In this document: positions 32,170-41,019 of the stretch, piece by piece
Numbering within the stretch: position 1 is the stretch's first letter
Layout: each line of letters opens with the position of its first letter
Assembly: GCA_965237485.1 (NCBI GenBank)
Contig: CBDEFQ010000006.1
Coordinates: forward strand, 273,506-337,505
DNA: 64,000 nt
Reading direction: 5' to 3'
DNA from: Candidatus Poriferihabitaceae bacterium
GTDB taxonomy: Bacteria > Pseudomonadota > Gammaproteobacteria > Arenicellales > Poriferihabitantaceae
Notes under the pieces: generated by a model
Told to the model about the DNA's origin: nothing
The model's input: only the letters and a program-made list of their open reading frames with translations
Database searches by the model: none
Position numbers and translations under genes: made by a program

Positions 32170-32333
32170 TGCTGCTTGGCTTGATTGCGCGTAATTTGTG
32201 AAGCGACCTCTCGCAATATCGATTTACGCCGCATTATGGGTGAGATTAAATTCCAGATAAGCACGATGGCAGTAATGCCCACGCTTGTCCAAACATAAAA
32301 GGCATAGCCGCCCATGGCAAAATATGTATTCAC
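32166..32333 (-). CDS. ccmD: heme exporter protein CcmD
   Basis: This ORF is not in the supplied track because it is under 60 aa. I read a 55-aa [58 protein letters not shown]. Its GTG overlaps the ccmC stop (GTGA) and its TGA overlaps the ccmE start (ATGA). [10 protein letters not shown] is the conserved CcmD core. Confidence 0.8.
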   Translation of the reverse strand: MNTYFAMGGYAFYVWTSVGITAIVLIWNLISPIMRRKSILREVASQITRNQAKQQ

Positions 32334-33109
32334 TGTAAGGCCTCACTTTTTACTAATTGTGCGACCCACTTGGTGCGTCTTTCACCGTCCAAAAGCTCGT
32401 TACGTACGCGCATAAAAAGCACGGTGAAATAATAAAATTGGTAAGCAAAAAACATAATTAACAACGGGATCAGCATCCTAGTATCAATAGACGGCTTGTC
32501 GAATTTACTAACGGTTGCACCTTGGTGTAGGGTGTTCCACCACTCTACAGAGTAATGAATTATCGGTAGGTTGATCACACCGACAATCGCTAGGATTGCG
32601 CCAGCACGTGATGCGCTGCGCCTATCGACAATAGCAGAAGTAAGCGCGATATAGCCTAGATATAAAAACAGCAAGATCAATTCAGAAACAATACGCGCAT
32701 CCCACTCCCAGTAAGTACCCCACATTGGTCGGCCCCAAAGACTTCCGGTCACCAGTGCCAAGAAAGTAAACGAAGCCCCTAAGGGCGCGCTTGCACGGGC
32801 GACAGCATCAGCGAGTTTCATACGCCAAATCAGTGTTATTGCTCCGGCGAAGGCCATCACAACATAGGTGAACATTCCCATCCAAGCTGCGGGTACGTGG
32901 ACATAAATAATGCGAAAACTATCGCCTTGTTGATAATCTGCTGGGGCGAGTACGAGGCCGCCAATCAGGCCTGCAATAAATAACACAGCGGTTATACCGC
33001 CAAGCCAAGGTATCCATTTCTTCGCGAAGTTATCAAAATACTGCGGTGAACCAAAGCGATGAAACCATTGCCAAAATCCGCTAGTTTTTGAACTTGAACT
33101 GTCTGTCAT
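32330..33109 (-). CDS. ccmC: heme exporter protein CcmC
   Basis: WGRPMWGTYWEWDAR (WWD) motif. The ORF is open to 33148. ATG at 33109 (MTDSSSSKTSGFWQWFHRFGSP) aligns better with known CcmC N-termini. Confidence 0.9.
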   Translation of the reverse strand: MTDSSSSKTSGFWQWFHRFGSPQYFDNFAKKWIPWLGGITAVLFIAGLIGGLVLAPADYQQGDSFRIIYVHVPAAWMGMFTYVVMAFAGAITLIWRMKLADAVARASAPLGASFTFLALVTGSLWGRPMWGTYWEWDARIVSELILLFLYLGYIALTSAIVDRRSASRAGAILAIVGVINLPIIHYSVEWWNTLHQGATVSKFDKPSIDTRMLIPLLIMFFAYQFYYFTVLFMRVRNELLDGERRTKWVAQLVKSEALQ

Positions 33110-33427
33110 TGTTAATTTACTAAATCGGTTGATGATAATACCAAACAACGGTGTAATAAATGCTTAGTTGCGCGAATTCCTGAGCAAATTGGCTCAGCGC
33201 ATTATAGCCAAATATTCCCTTAGCTGGAGCTTAGCGTATGATTGACGATCACAAAATAATGAGACCATCAAATAACCGTAATAGTTGCAAATTATGAGAA
33301 ATACTGGTGGGGCTTTCAGGGGTGATTGCACTTCCACTTGTAACAGCCAGTATATTATCGTAACGAATAAAAATAATGCCGTTCTCATTGTTATTTTTGT
33401 TTTGAATCACAATACGAGTGGATAAGT

Positions 33428-34117
33428 TTAATTCAAACTGACTTTTACCGCAGCCGCAATAGCGAAAGGGGCCAGCGTTAGTGATAACGCAAAACAGGCA
33501 CCTAATATATATAATTGGCCGATGCTATCCAAACCTACCGCAGCAGATTGAACCGCGCTTGCGCCAAAAATTAGCACGGGAATAAATAGGGGGATAAGTA
33601 ATAGACTTAGCAGCAAGCCACTGCGCTGTATACCTACCGTCAGGCCGGCAGCGATGCCCCCAATCAAACTGAGTGTTGGTGTGCCTAGCAGCAAACTTAT
33701 GAATAGCGTGCCAAACGCTTGGGCAGGTAAATTAAGTAATAAGCCCAGTAAGGGCGAGATTAGGATAAGTGGTAAGCCGGTAACTAGCCAGTGCGCGGTA
33801 ATTTTTGCGAGGCTTAACAAGGCAGTAGGATGCGGACTAAGAACCAACTGCTCCAAGCTGCCGTCTTCGAAGTCTGCGCTAAATAGATGATTCAATGTCA
33901 TTAAGGTTGCCAATAACGCAGCGACCCACAACACGCCGGGCGCCACCTTGGCCAAGGTAGATGCCTCTGGCCCAACGCCAAAAGGGAATAAGCTGCAAAC
34001 CATTAGCAAAAACAATAGAGGGTTGAAGATCGCGCTGGGGCTGCGAAAAGCTAATCGCAAGTCATAAGCGATATTCATGTAAAAAGCTTGTGTGAATGAA
34101 ATAGGCATCTCAAGCAC
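33428..34117 (-). CDS. ccmB: heme exporter permease CcmB
   Basis: 229-aa polytopic protein located between ccmA and ccmC. Confidence 0.9.
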   Translation of the reverse strand: MLEMPISFTQAFYMNIAYDLRLAFRSPSAIFNPLLFLLMVCSLFPFGVGPEASTLAKVAPGVLWVAALLATLMTLNHLFSADFEDGSLEQLVLSPHPTALLSLAKITAHWLVTGLPLILISPLLGLLLNLPAQAFGTLFISLLLGTPTLSLIGGIAAGLTVGIQRSGLLLSLLLIPLFIPVLIFGASAVQSAAVGLDSIGQLYILGACFALSLTLAPFAIAAAVKVSLN

Positions 34118-34728
34118 TAGTTTAGTGAAACTTGCCGAAAATCAAGTTGCGGGAAGTGCAAGGTTTGGTGACTAGTAACGATGGCCATGCCGCCTTGTTG
34201 AATATGTTTTTCTATCATGCTCTCAAACACCTTTGCACCCGCTTTATCAAGCGCCGTGATGGGTTCATCTAATATCCATAGTTTTGCACTAGACAATAAC
34301 AGCCGTGCGATGGCGACGCGGCGCTTTTGGCCTGCAGACAATTGATAAGTCGTGATGTGTTCATAGCCGTTTAGCCCGGTCTGACTAAGCGCATCCTCGG
34401 GACTAAACCTATTTGCAACTGACAACATGGATTGCTGCATCTTGAGGTTTTCGAGCGCAGTTAGCCCAGATTTCAATGCGTTTAAGTGTCCCAAATAAGC
34501 TAGCTGAATCTGGAAGGGGGTGGGTTGTTTATATATCGACTCACCTTCCCAAAGTACATCGCCTTGCGCTGGGTAGCTAAGGCCGCTGATGATACGCAAT
34601 AAACTGGTTTTACCAACGCCATTTTCGCCGCTGATTTGCACAATCTGCGCTGGCTTAATGCGTAGATTAAAGCCAGAAAATAAGGCCTCATAGCCCTTAA
34701 CACACTCAATATTGTTTACTTCGAGCAT
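34117..34728 (-). CDS. ccmA: heme exporter ATP-binding protein CcmA
   Basis: 203 aa with Walker A GENGVGKT, signature LSAGQKRR and Walker B LWILDEP. Confidence 0.92.
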   Translation of the reverse strand: MLEVNNIECVKGYEALFSGFNLRIKPAQIVQISGENGVGKTSLLRIISGLSYPAQGDVLWEGESIYKQPTPFQIQLAYLGHLNALKSGLTALENLKMQQSMLSVANRFSPEDALSQTGLNGYEHITTYQLSAGQKRRVAIARLLLSSAKLWILDEPITALDKAGAKVFESMIEKHIQQGGMAIVTSHQTLHFPQLDFRQVSLN

Positions 34729-34738
34729 GTTTTAACGC

Positions 34739-35275
34739 TTAAGACTCTGAAGCCTGAGTTCGCTTGGCAATCTCAACATAATGCTCGGCAGAATGGGTTA
34801 AGAATGCAAGCTCCTTTTCATTCAATGGGCGTGATTGTTTAACGGGAGACCCCACCCACAAAAAACCGCCAGCAAGCGTTTTACCCGGTGGCACCAGCAC
34901 TCCAGCACCTATCATGCTGTTACTTTCGATTACGGCGTTATCTAGTACGATAGTGCCCATGCCGATCAAGCAACGGTCATGCACCGTACAACCGTGCAAA
35001 ATAGCATTGTGTCCGACGGTTACATCATTACCAATTTCAAGCGGTGCGCCGCCGGGTTTTGAATAGTCGCTATCGTGGCTGGTATGTAAAATAGCGCCAT
35101 CTTGAATATTGGTACGCCTGCCTATTTTAATGGTATTAACATCACCACGGACAACAGCAGAGGGCCAGACGTTAGAATCAGCACCGATGGTGGTTTTGCC
35201 GCTTACATAAGCCATTTCATGCACAATAGCGCTTGGGTGGATATTGGGCGTGTGAGATTCGAAATCTTTGATCAT
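34739..35275 (-). CDS. gamma-carbonic-anhydrase-like / hexapeptide-repeat protein (YrdA/PaaY family)
   Basis: 178 aa with left-handed beta-helix repeats (IGADSNVWPSAVVRGDVN.I.IG..TNIQDG..LH). It lies 10 nt upstream of ccmA. Confidence 0.85.
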   Translation of the reverse strand: MIKDFESHTPNIHPSAIVHEMAYVSGKTTIGADSNVWPSAVVRGDVNTIKIGRRTNIQDGAILHTSHDSDYSKPGGAPLEIGNDVTVGHNAILHGCTVHDRCLIGMGTIVLDNAVIESNSMIGAGVLVPPGKTLAGGFLWVGSPVKQSRPLNEKELAFLTHSAEHYVEIAKRTQASES

Positions 35276-35602
35276 ACGTTCATTGGTGACGCAAAAAGGC
35301 GATTGTAAACCTTCTATTGATGTGGGGGTATGGCTTCTTTAGTGTGGATTAGGCAGACAGTTTAGATTTACTCTGGAAAATGAACCAATATTGAGTTTTC
35401 TACGGTGCTTTCCGGCTCTCAGAGCGTTGTACTTGCACACCTCCATAGATACAACAATAGCGCTCAAAAGCACTCTGGCCCTTTGTTAGGTTGTTTCGAC
35501 AAGCGTGTAGACATACCCGCAAGTGTGGCTAGAGATATCAAGCGCACTAGCAGATGCTGAGCCTTCAACTGTAATAATCAGGGCTAATGTTTTTAAAGGC
35601 TA

Positions 35603-35812
35603 GGCAATTACCGTAATGACGACAGAACTGCTCGAATACTAACTAATGTGATATTGAAGAATGCAATTGAACGTTTAGGGTTAAACGCGAGAAGCTATCA
35701 CCGCATTACAAAAGTATCTCGAACCATAGCAGATCTAGCAGGGTTCGAATAACTAAGACAATCGCACATTATACAGGCGATGTAGTTACGCAGTTTTGAT
35801 CGAAATGCGTGA
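35603..35812 (+). pseudogene. comM: decayed 3' remnant of comM/yifB (Mg-chelatase-like competence protein)
   Basis: The frame reads ...[51 protein letters not shown]. This matches the conserved ComM C-terminus (LS.RAYHRILKVARTIADL....I...H..EA..YR..DR). In-frame stops occur at 35750-35752 and 35783-35785. Upstream sequence is further degraded. Confidence 0.7.
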
Positions 35813-36302
35813 AGTAGATATTGAATTAATCTCATTGGGCTCAATTCCCCGCCCATTGGGGCGATATATAGATTCACGATGTAGAGTGCGTGAATTCAAC
35901 TTTATACCCCGTTGCTTGGGCCGGGGTTGTTCATTTTCACGAAAATGAGAAGGTCAGAATTTAGGGTACCTGAAAATAGCTATAGTCTGATCTTCTGACA
36001 GATATTGATCCAAAACCAGTGTTTACTATGGGTTGTTTGCCTTGGAGCGCGAATTATTGTGCCTGCTACACCTGTAATTATTTACAGCTAGTATCGCTGC
36101 CACTATATAGGTTAAACTAATGCATTAAGCGAATTAGGACTAGTAAAGAGACGAGAAAATACTATCTAAATTTGTTGCATCACTTTTATTAAGGTTACAG
36201 GAGTATCAAAATTCAAACTTTCTGGAACCAAAAAACTTGGGTTGTACTTTGCAAGTGGTATCGGTGTTCTTGATTACGCAACATTGGGTATGGACTTTTT
36301 GT

Positions 36303-37229
36303 CTAGCAAGTTGACTCATTGTCGTTCCACACGATATATCGATGATTAGCATTAGCCCATTCGTCGTCAATTTCAATCAGAATGGCACTGACTAATCGTA
36401 ACCAAGCCTCTCGGTTAGGAAAGACTCTGACCAAGCGGGTTCGCCGCTTAAGTTCTTGTTGAACCGTCCGTTCAATGCGGTTGGAGGTTCGCATTTTCTT
36501 TTGGTGTCTATCTGGCAAGGCAAACACATTTAACCCTTCAGGCACATTGTTTTCTAGCCACTGCGCCAAGTGAGCATGCTTTTCCTGGTACTGGCTCACA
36601 AGGACTTTTAGATTAACCTGAGCAGCTGCCATATTGGGTGCATTCCAAACACTACGCAGCTCACCACCAATGCGCTGCTTGATCTTGTGATTGGGGGCAT
36701 GATGCATTGCATTCTGCGCCAGATGAAACTGGCAACGCTGCCAAGGTATACCTGGGAACACTGCCTTTCTAGCGGCTTTTAAGCCACTGTGATCATCACT
36801 GACAATAAACTCAATACCATGTATGCCCCGGTCAACCAAGCCTTTGAGGAACGCTCGCCAGTTAACCTCGGCTTCATTAAGCGCCATTGCCGTTCCTAAT
36901 ACGCAACGCCGTCCACAAGGCAATACACCCACCGCACTCAACACCGCCATATCAATCACTTGGTGGCCCTCACCCACCTTTTCATAACGCGCATCAAGGA
37001 TTAGGTAAGAGACTTTACCCAACGGACGGTCACGCCAGACTTTTAACGCCTCATCCATGCTCTGGTTAGCCCGTGAGACCGGTGTAGAGGAGATGCTTTC
37101 AATACCCATGCTCTGCATGACTTTTTCGACTCGGCGCGTGCTAACGCCCGTCACGTACATTTCAGCAACGGTCAGCATCATCGCACGTTGGCTGCGTAAG
37201 CCGCGTTCTAGCGATTGAGGGTAAAAAGG
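36303..37229 (-). pseudogene. IS256-family transposase, C-terminal about 305 codons (copy 2)
   Basis: Colinear with copy 1 from YPQSLERGLRSQRAMML... to ...NDNESTC. It is interrupted at the TAAAAAGG duplication. Confidence 0.88.
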
Positions 37230-37558
37230 GTAACTTCTCAATAACCCGTGGCAAAGCTGGCGCGTTCCATAATGATATCTGGCAGAGGATCAATATGTTG
37301 CTCACCGATACCAAGCCGATGGGTCAGGTAGTGCCAGAACGATATATCCAGTTTTCGGCAGGTCTTTTTCAAACTGGCAAACGTGTCCCGACACTGCTGG
37401 CCAGCATCGCTGCGGGTGGAGCCACTCACTTTTCGTTTTTTCACGTAATCGCGAATGTCTGTTTCACTGCCATTGGTGTGTAACGGAATATCTGGTCGAT
37501 CTAGCACCAACAGTCATTCTGCTTGATTCGCATGGATTCGTTTGAGCGTCTGATTTAA

Positions 37559-37721
37559 CCTAGATAAATCAGTTAAAACACGAAAGTCCATGCAAGCTCT
37601 TGATGCACCTAGCAAAATCAAAAAAAACCTTATCACCAATAAGGTGACCGCGACTTTTTTGATTTCACTATGCACTTCAATTGCTTACATGTCTTTTCCG
37701 CGTTTAACTGATTTATCTAGG
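37559..37721. mobile_element. 163-bp MITE (family 1), copy A
   Basis: TIRs CCTAGATAAATCAGTTAAA.. / ..TTTAACTGATTTATCTAGG. 5-bp TSD TTTAA (37554-37558 and 37722-37726). By eye it is identical to 54481-54643. Confidence 0.88.
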
Positions 37722-38879
37722 TTTAATGTTTGGTAGCATGTCTGTTGAGTGAAGATTTCATCGAAACGCTGCTCAAGTATTTTACGTTGGTTCTCGCAAG
37801 GCTGGGTTTTATACTCTTTAACGCCCGATAAAAGCACCAGACTTGGTCGCGTATTTTAGCAATGCCCTGCCGGTGTCCCTCGTTCAGCGGTATCAACTTA
37901 TGGATTAAGTGCTCGGTGTGTATCCAACACAAGGCATGAGCCAAAATGTTAAATTGCCCTGCATCATCACTGACGACAGCGATGTCATCACACAGACCAT
38001 GATGCAAAATACTACCAAGTAATGCCCCTTCGGTGGTGATACGTCGGTGACGTGCCTTAATGATCAACAGGCTATCGAGCATTTCAAGCCAGTCATCCTC
38101 GTTGGCAATACGGCGTTCCCGGTGCTCAGTTACAGCGGCTAAGGCTTGCTTTGGCAATCCATGTTGTTGCCTATAATTCAACGCACTTTGACTCAAACGA
38201 TAATCCGTATTGCCAGCCCTTAATAGCGGTAGGAAGTTAATTCGACTTTTTGATTGAGTACTTTTAAACCACGCAAACAAGTCATTACCAATGTGCGTTA
38301 CATAGCCATTTTTGCCCTGATGGCGAGCACCACTATCGTCCACGGTCACGTAAGACGATGCGCTCAGAGCAACGCTTAGTAACGCCTCTTTCTCAGCATG
38401 AAAGGGCTCTTTAGCACTGATCAGTATTGGGTTAATTTGTCCCGAAGAAATATCAATTCCCCACTCTCGCAACTGTTCCAACAAGAGTGGTTGCGTGGTT
38501 TGACAATGATGATATTGATAGAGAATATAACTGACCAGACGAGGCCCATAATGTCGCCCTGCCACGGATGTCGGTAACTGGCCTTTGAGCTTTTTATTGT
38601 CTGGCGTTACCCAATGCGCTAAACGATAGCGGGTGGTATGAACCTTGATAAGCAAATCTTGCACTACAAAATCCCGATAGCCTTTAAAGCGAGAACCTTC
38701 GGGCACGGACTTCGCTGGTTCAATAACCAGATTTAGGTCAATTGACAGCCTTGGTGTTTTCTTTGCCTTGTTCGACCCAGCTCGCTGCTTAGGTTTGTCG
38801 CTAGAAGATGAACGTTTTGGCTCTGTTTTCTTATCCATATTACCACCCTTAAAAGTAGGCTGCCTCTTCTGCCCCTTAA

Positions 38880-40056
38880 GGGCTTGTCGGATAATTAATA
38901 GAATACGTGAGATAATATGGGCTGATTCTAGTCAGCCTGCAATTTTGAGCAAACGTCATCAAAGCCAACTGTTCCTAACCTTAGATTCTCTGGTTAGCTC
39001 TGAACATCCCTACCGTAAACTCGATGAGCTATTATGTTTTGGTGCATTGAGTAAACCCTTCTCTAAAATATATGCCACCCGTGGCCCTAAAGGCCGAGGT
39101 GTTGAGTTCGGCTTACGTGCCTTGGTGCTTCAGTTCATGGAAGATTTAAGTGATAGAGAAATGGAGCGATACTTATCAGAGAATCTGGCCGCTAAGTGGT
39201 TTTGTGATTCAGGACTGGAACAGAGCACTCCTGATCATAGTTACTTTGGTGATTTTCGCTCACGCATTGGAACCAGGGGTATGATGAATTTATTTGACCG
39301 TGTTCGGAGCGGGTTAGTTTCAATGGGCTTAGTACGAGAAGTATTCACATTTGTCGATGCCAGCCAGTTGGTCAGTAAGCTAACCACTTGGGATGATAGA
39401 GATAAGGCGATAAAGATGGGATTAGAGGAGTTCAACAATAAGACAGTTGATAAAGTTGCGGCGGACAAGCAAGCACGGTTTGGGTGCAAGGGAAATAGCA
39501 AATATTGGTATGGTTACAAAGAGCATGCATCAGTGGATATGCAAAGTGGCTTGATCAATAAAATAGCGACCACCTCGGCTGAGGTAACGGATGCAAGCGG
39601 CTTAAAGCATGTTTGCCCTAAGTCGGGTGCTGTTTATGCGGACAAGGGTTATTGCGTGAGCCCGGCCAAAACCACGCTCAGGCGCAACGGTTGCCATGAT
39701 GCAACAATCAAGAAGAACAATATGCATGGCAAGAATAGAGACAAAGACCGTTGGATTAGCAAAATTCGTTCACCATATGAGCGAGTGTTTGCTCATCGCA
39801 ATAAGCGAGTTCGTTATAAAGGGTTGGCTAAAGTCCAGTTCCAAGTTGGAATCAGGGGCTTATGTTTTAACCTTAAGCGATTAATGGCATTGGGAGTTGA
39901 ACGAGTTGAATTGGTGCCGGCCTAGGGATAGATCCGTCTATTGGTGGCAAAATGGCTGCTAATAGACGGTTTATTGCACAAAAAACGCGTTGCTGAGCAA
40001 ACTAAAAGCGACTTCGGCGAAAACCCTGTTTGAAATTGTATTAACCGACGAGCCCC
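38880..40056 (+). mobile_element. IS5-family insertion sequence (1177 bp) inside the IS66 transposase gene
   Basis: IRL GGGCTTGTCGGATAATTAAT and IRR (reverse complement) GGGGCTCGTCGGTTAATACA. It is flanked by TTAA (38876-38879 and 40057-60), which fits the IS5 YTAR target. Removing the IS and one TTAA restores the IS66 reading frame (INILKGQKRQP). Confidence 0.88.
38945..39925 (+). CDS. IS5-family DDE transposase
   Basis: The tracked ORF (from 38768) reads in from flanking DNA. The likely start is TTG 38945 (MSKRHQSQLFLTLDSLVSSEHPYRKLDELL, DUF772-type N-terminus). The DDE_Tnp_1-type C-terminus includes YADKGY and RSPYERVFAH. Confidence 0.8.
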   Translation: MSKRHQSQLFLTLDSLVSSEHPYRKLDELLCFGALSKPFSKIYATRGPKGRGVEFGLRALVLQFMEDLSDREMERYLSENLAAKWFCDSGLEQSTPDHSYFGDFRSRIGTRGMMNLFDRVRSGLVSMGLVREVFTFVDASQLVSKLTTWDDRDKAIKMGLEEFNNKTVDKVAADKQARFGCKGNSKYWYGYKEHASVDMQSGLINKIATTSAEVTDASGLKHVCPKSGAVYADKGYCVSPAKTTLRRNGCHDATIKKNNMHGKNRDKDRWISKIRSPYERVFAHRNKRVRYKGLAKVQFQVGIRGLCFNLKRLMALGVERVELVPA

Positions 40057-40484
40057 TTAAGGATATTGATTTCATCTTTAAGCAATGCTATTTCTTCGTC
40101 CTGTTGTTGAACTCGCACCAACAGCTGCTCCACTAGCACCCGCAACATTTTTACTGCGGGGGTTTGTTCTTGTTCAGGAATGTCGGGAATAGAGGGTAGC
40201 TTACTCAAGGTCTTAAACGTCCGTTAACTGGATAGACCTTAGTGTACCATCGGTTTTGAAAGTCCAATTTTGCCTTCTCAACTGCGCCACAACGAACGTT
40301 AAGAAGACACCCCTGAACGTTCCTTAAGCGATCTTTGTTATTAGCGTAAAGGTGCCTACAACCACCCTGGAACTCAACCTAAATCGAGTCACTCGACCAC
40401 GTTGAATTACCTTCCTTTTAGCGTAAAACCCGGTCAAGAAATATTTTGTTTTATTTTACCTGCCACGGGTTATTGAGAAGTTAC

Positions 40485-40750
40485 TAAAAAGGTTCATCAA
40501 CGTGTTTAGCGGTCTTTGGGATACGCAGATTGAGCGTACCGGCTTGCGTATCGATACGCTTATCTTGGTAGCCATTGGCAAACCCTGGCCGGTCTTGACT
40601 ATGCTCATAGTGTGATGCGCCTGGAAACGGCTCTCTTTCAATCTTCATCGCCTCATTGAGCAGTGCGGTGAGCACGGGGCGCATGGCATCGGGGCCTTCT
40701 GAGATGTGTGTTCCACTACTACGTCAAATACGTTATTGTTTGATTGGGTC
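40485..40750 (-). pseudogene. IS256-family transposase, N-terminal fragment (copy 2)
   Basis: MRPVLTALLNEAMKIEREPFPGASHYEHSQDRPGFANGYQDKRIDTQAGTLNLRIPKTAKHVDEPF ends exactly at the IS66 TSD. A candidate upstream ATG at about 40750 (MTQSNNNVFDV) is out of frame with it. Confidence 0.75.
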
Positions 40751-40870
40751 ATTTGGGTGTCTCCAGTATTTTAATTGCTTAAAACAGGGAACGCACAAAT
40801 GGCTCAACTTACAAGACACCAAGATAGAAAATTTGAATAAATCGGAGTTAAAGGGGTCAGACCCCTTTAA

Positions 40871-41019
40871 CTCATCGAGTTTACGGTAGGGATGTTCAGA
40901 GCTAACCAGAGAATCTAAGGTTAGGAACAGTTGGCTTTGATGACGTTTGCTCAAAATTGCAGGCTGACTAGAATCAGCCCATATTATCTCACGTATTCTA
41001 TTAATTATCCGACAAGCCC
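40871..41019 (-). mobile_element. truncated left end (about 149 bp) of a second IS5-family copy
   Basis: This is the reverse complement of 38880-39028 (IRL through ...PYRKLDE). Identity stops abruptly at 40871. Confidence 0.85.

Larger units (their letters stand above)
37238..40209 (-). pseudogene. IS66-family transposase, multiply disrupted
   Basis: The N-terminus (...LLVRVQQQDEEIALLKDEINILKG) at 40209-40061 continues as QKRQPTFKGGNMDKK... after the IS5 insertion. The C-terminal DRPDIPLHTNGSETDIRDYVKKRKVSGSTRS lies at 37238-37510. Four lesions are visible: the IS5 insertion, the MITE insertion at TLN/QTL, a 1-nt deletion near 37815 (TTAAAGAG where TTAAAAGAG is expected), and an in-frame TGA at about 37516. 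Confidence 0.8.
37230..40484 (-). mobile_element. IS66-family element (single-ORF type) inserted in IS256
   Basis: Perfect 24-bp terminal inverted repeats GTAACTTCTCAATAACCCGTGGCA. The 8-bp TSD TAAAAAGG lies at 37222-37229 and 40485-40492. The same octamer occurs once, uninterrupted, in IS256 copy 1 (CCTTTTTA at 43-50). Confidence 0.9.
36272..40812 (-). mobile_element. IS256-family insertion sequence, copy 2, split by a nested IS66-family element
   Basis: The low-coordinate end (GATTACGCAACATTGG... at 36272) is defined by comparison with copy 1. The high-coordinate end (about 40812) is estimated only from a weak inverted-repeat match. Confidence 0.75.

Noticed and set aside
33194-33388. The 64-aa ORF in the ccmB-ccmC spacer as a bona fide gene
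   Set aside because: AT-rich context, no SD and no recognisable family. It is kept only as a possibility within the spacer finding.
35816-36271. Short GC hairpins (CGCCC-attg-GGGCG, ACCCCG...CGGGGT) and a 21-aa Cys-rich ORF (MGCLPWSANYCACYTCNYLQL) between the comM stump and IS256
   Set aside because: The hairpins are not repeats of each other. The ORF is tiny with no translation signals. This is consistent with random features in decayed DNA.
38768-38944. N-terminal extension of the IS5 transposase ORF, and the similar ORF 40733-41047
   Set aside because: The extension reads across the IS boundary into IS66 sequence. The 40733-41047 ORF is a read-through of the truncated IS5 stump into unrelated DNA.
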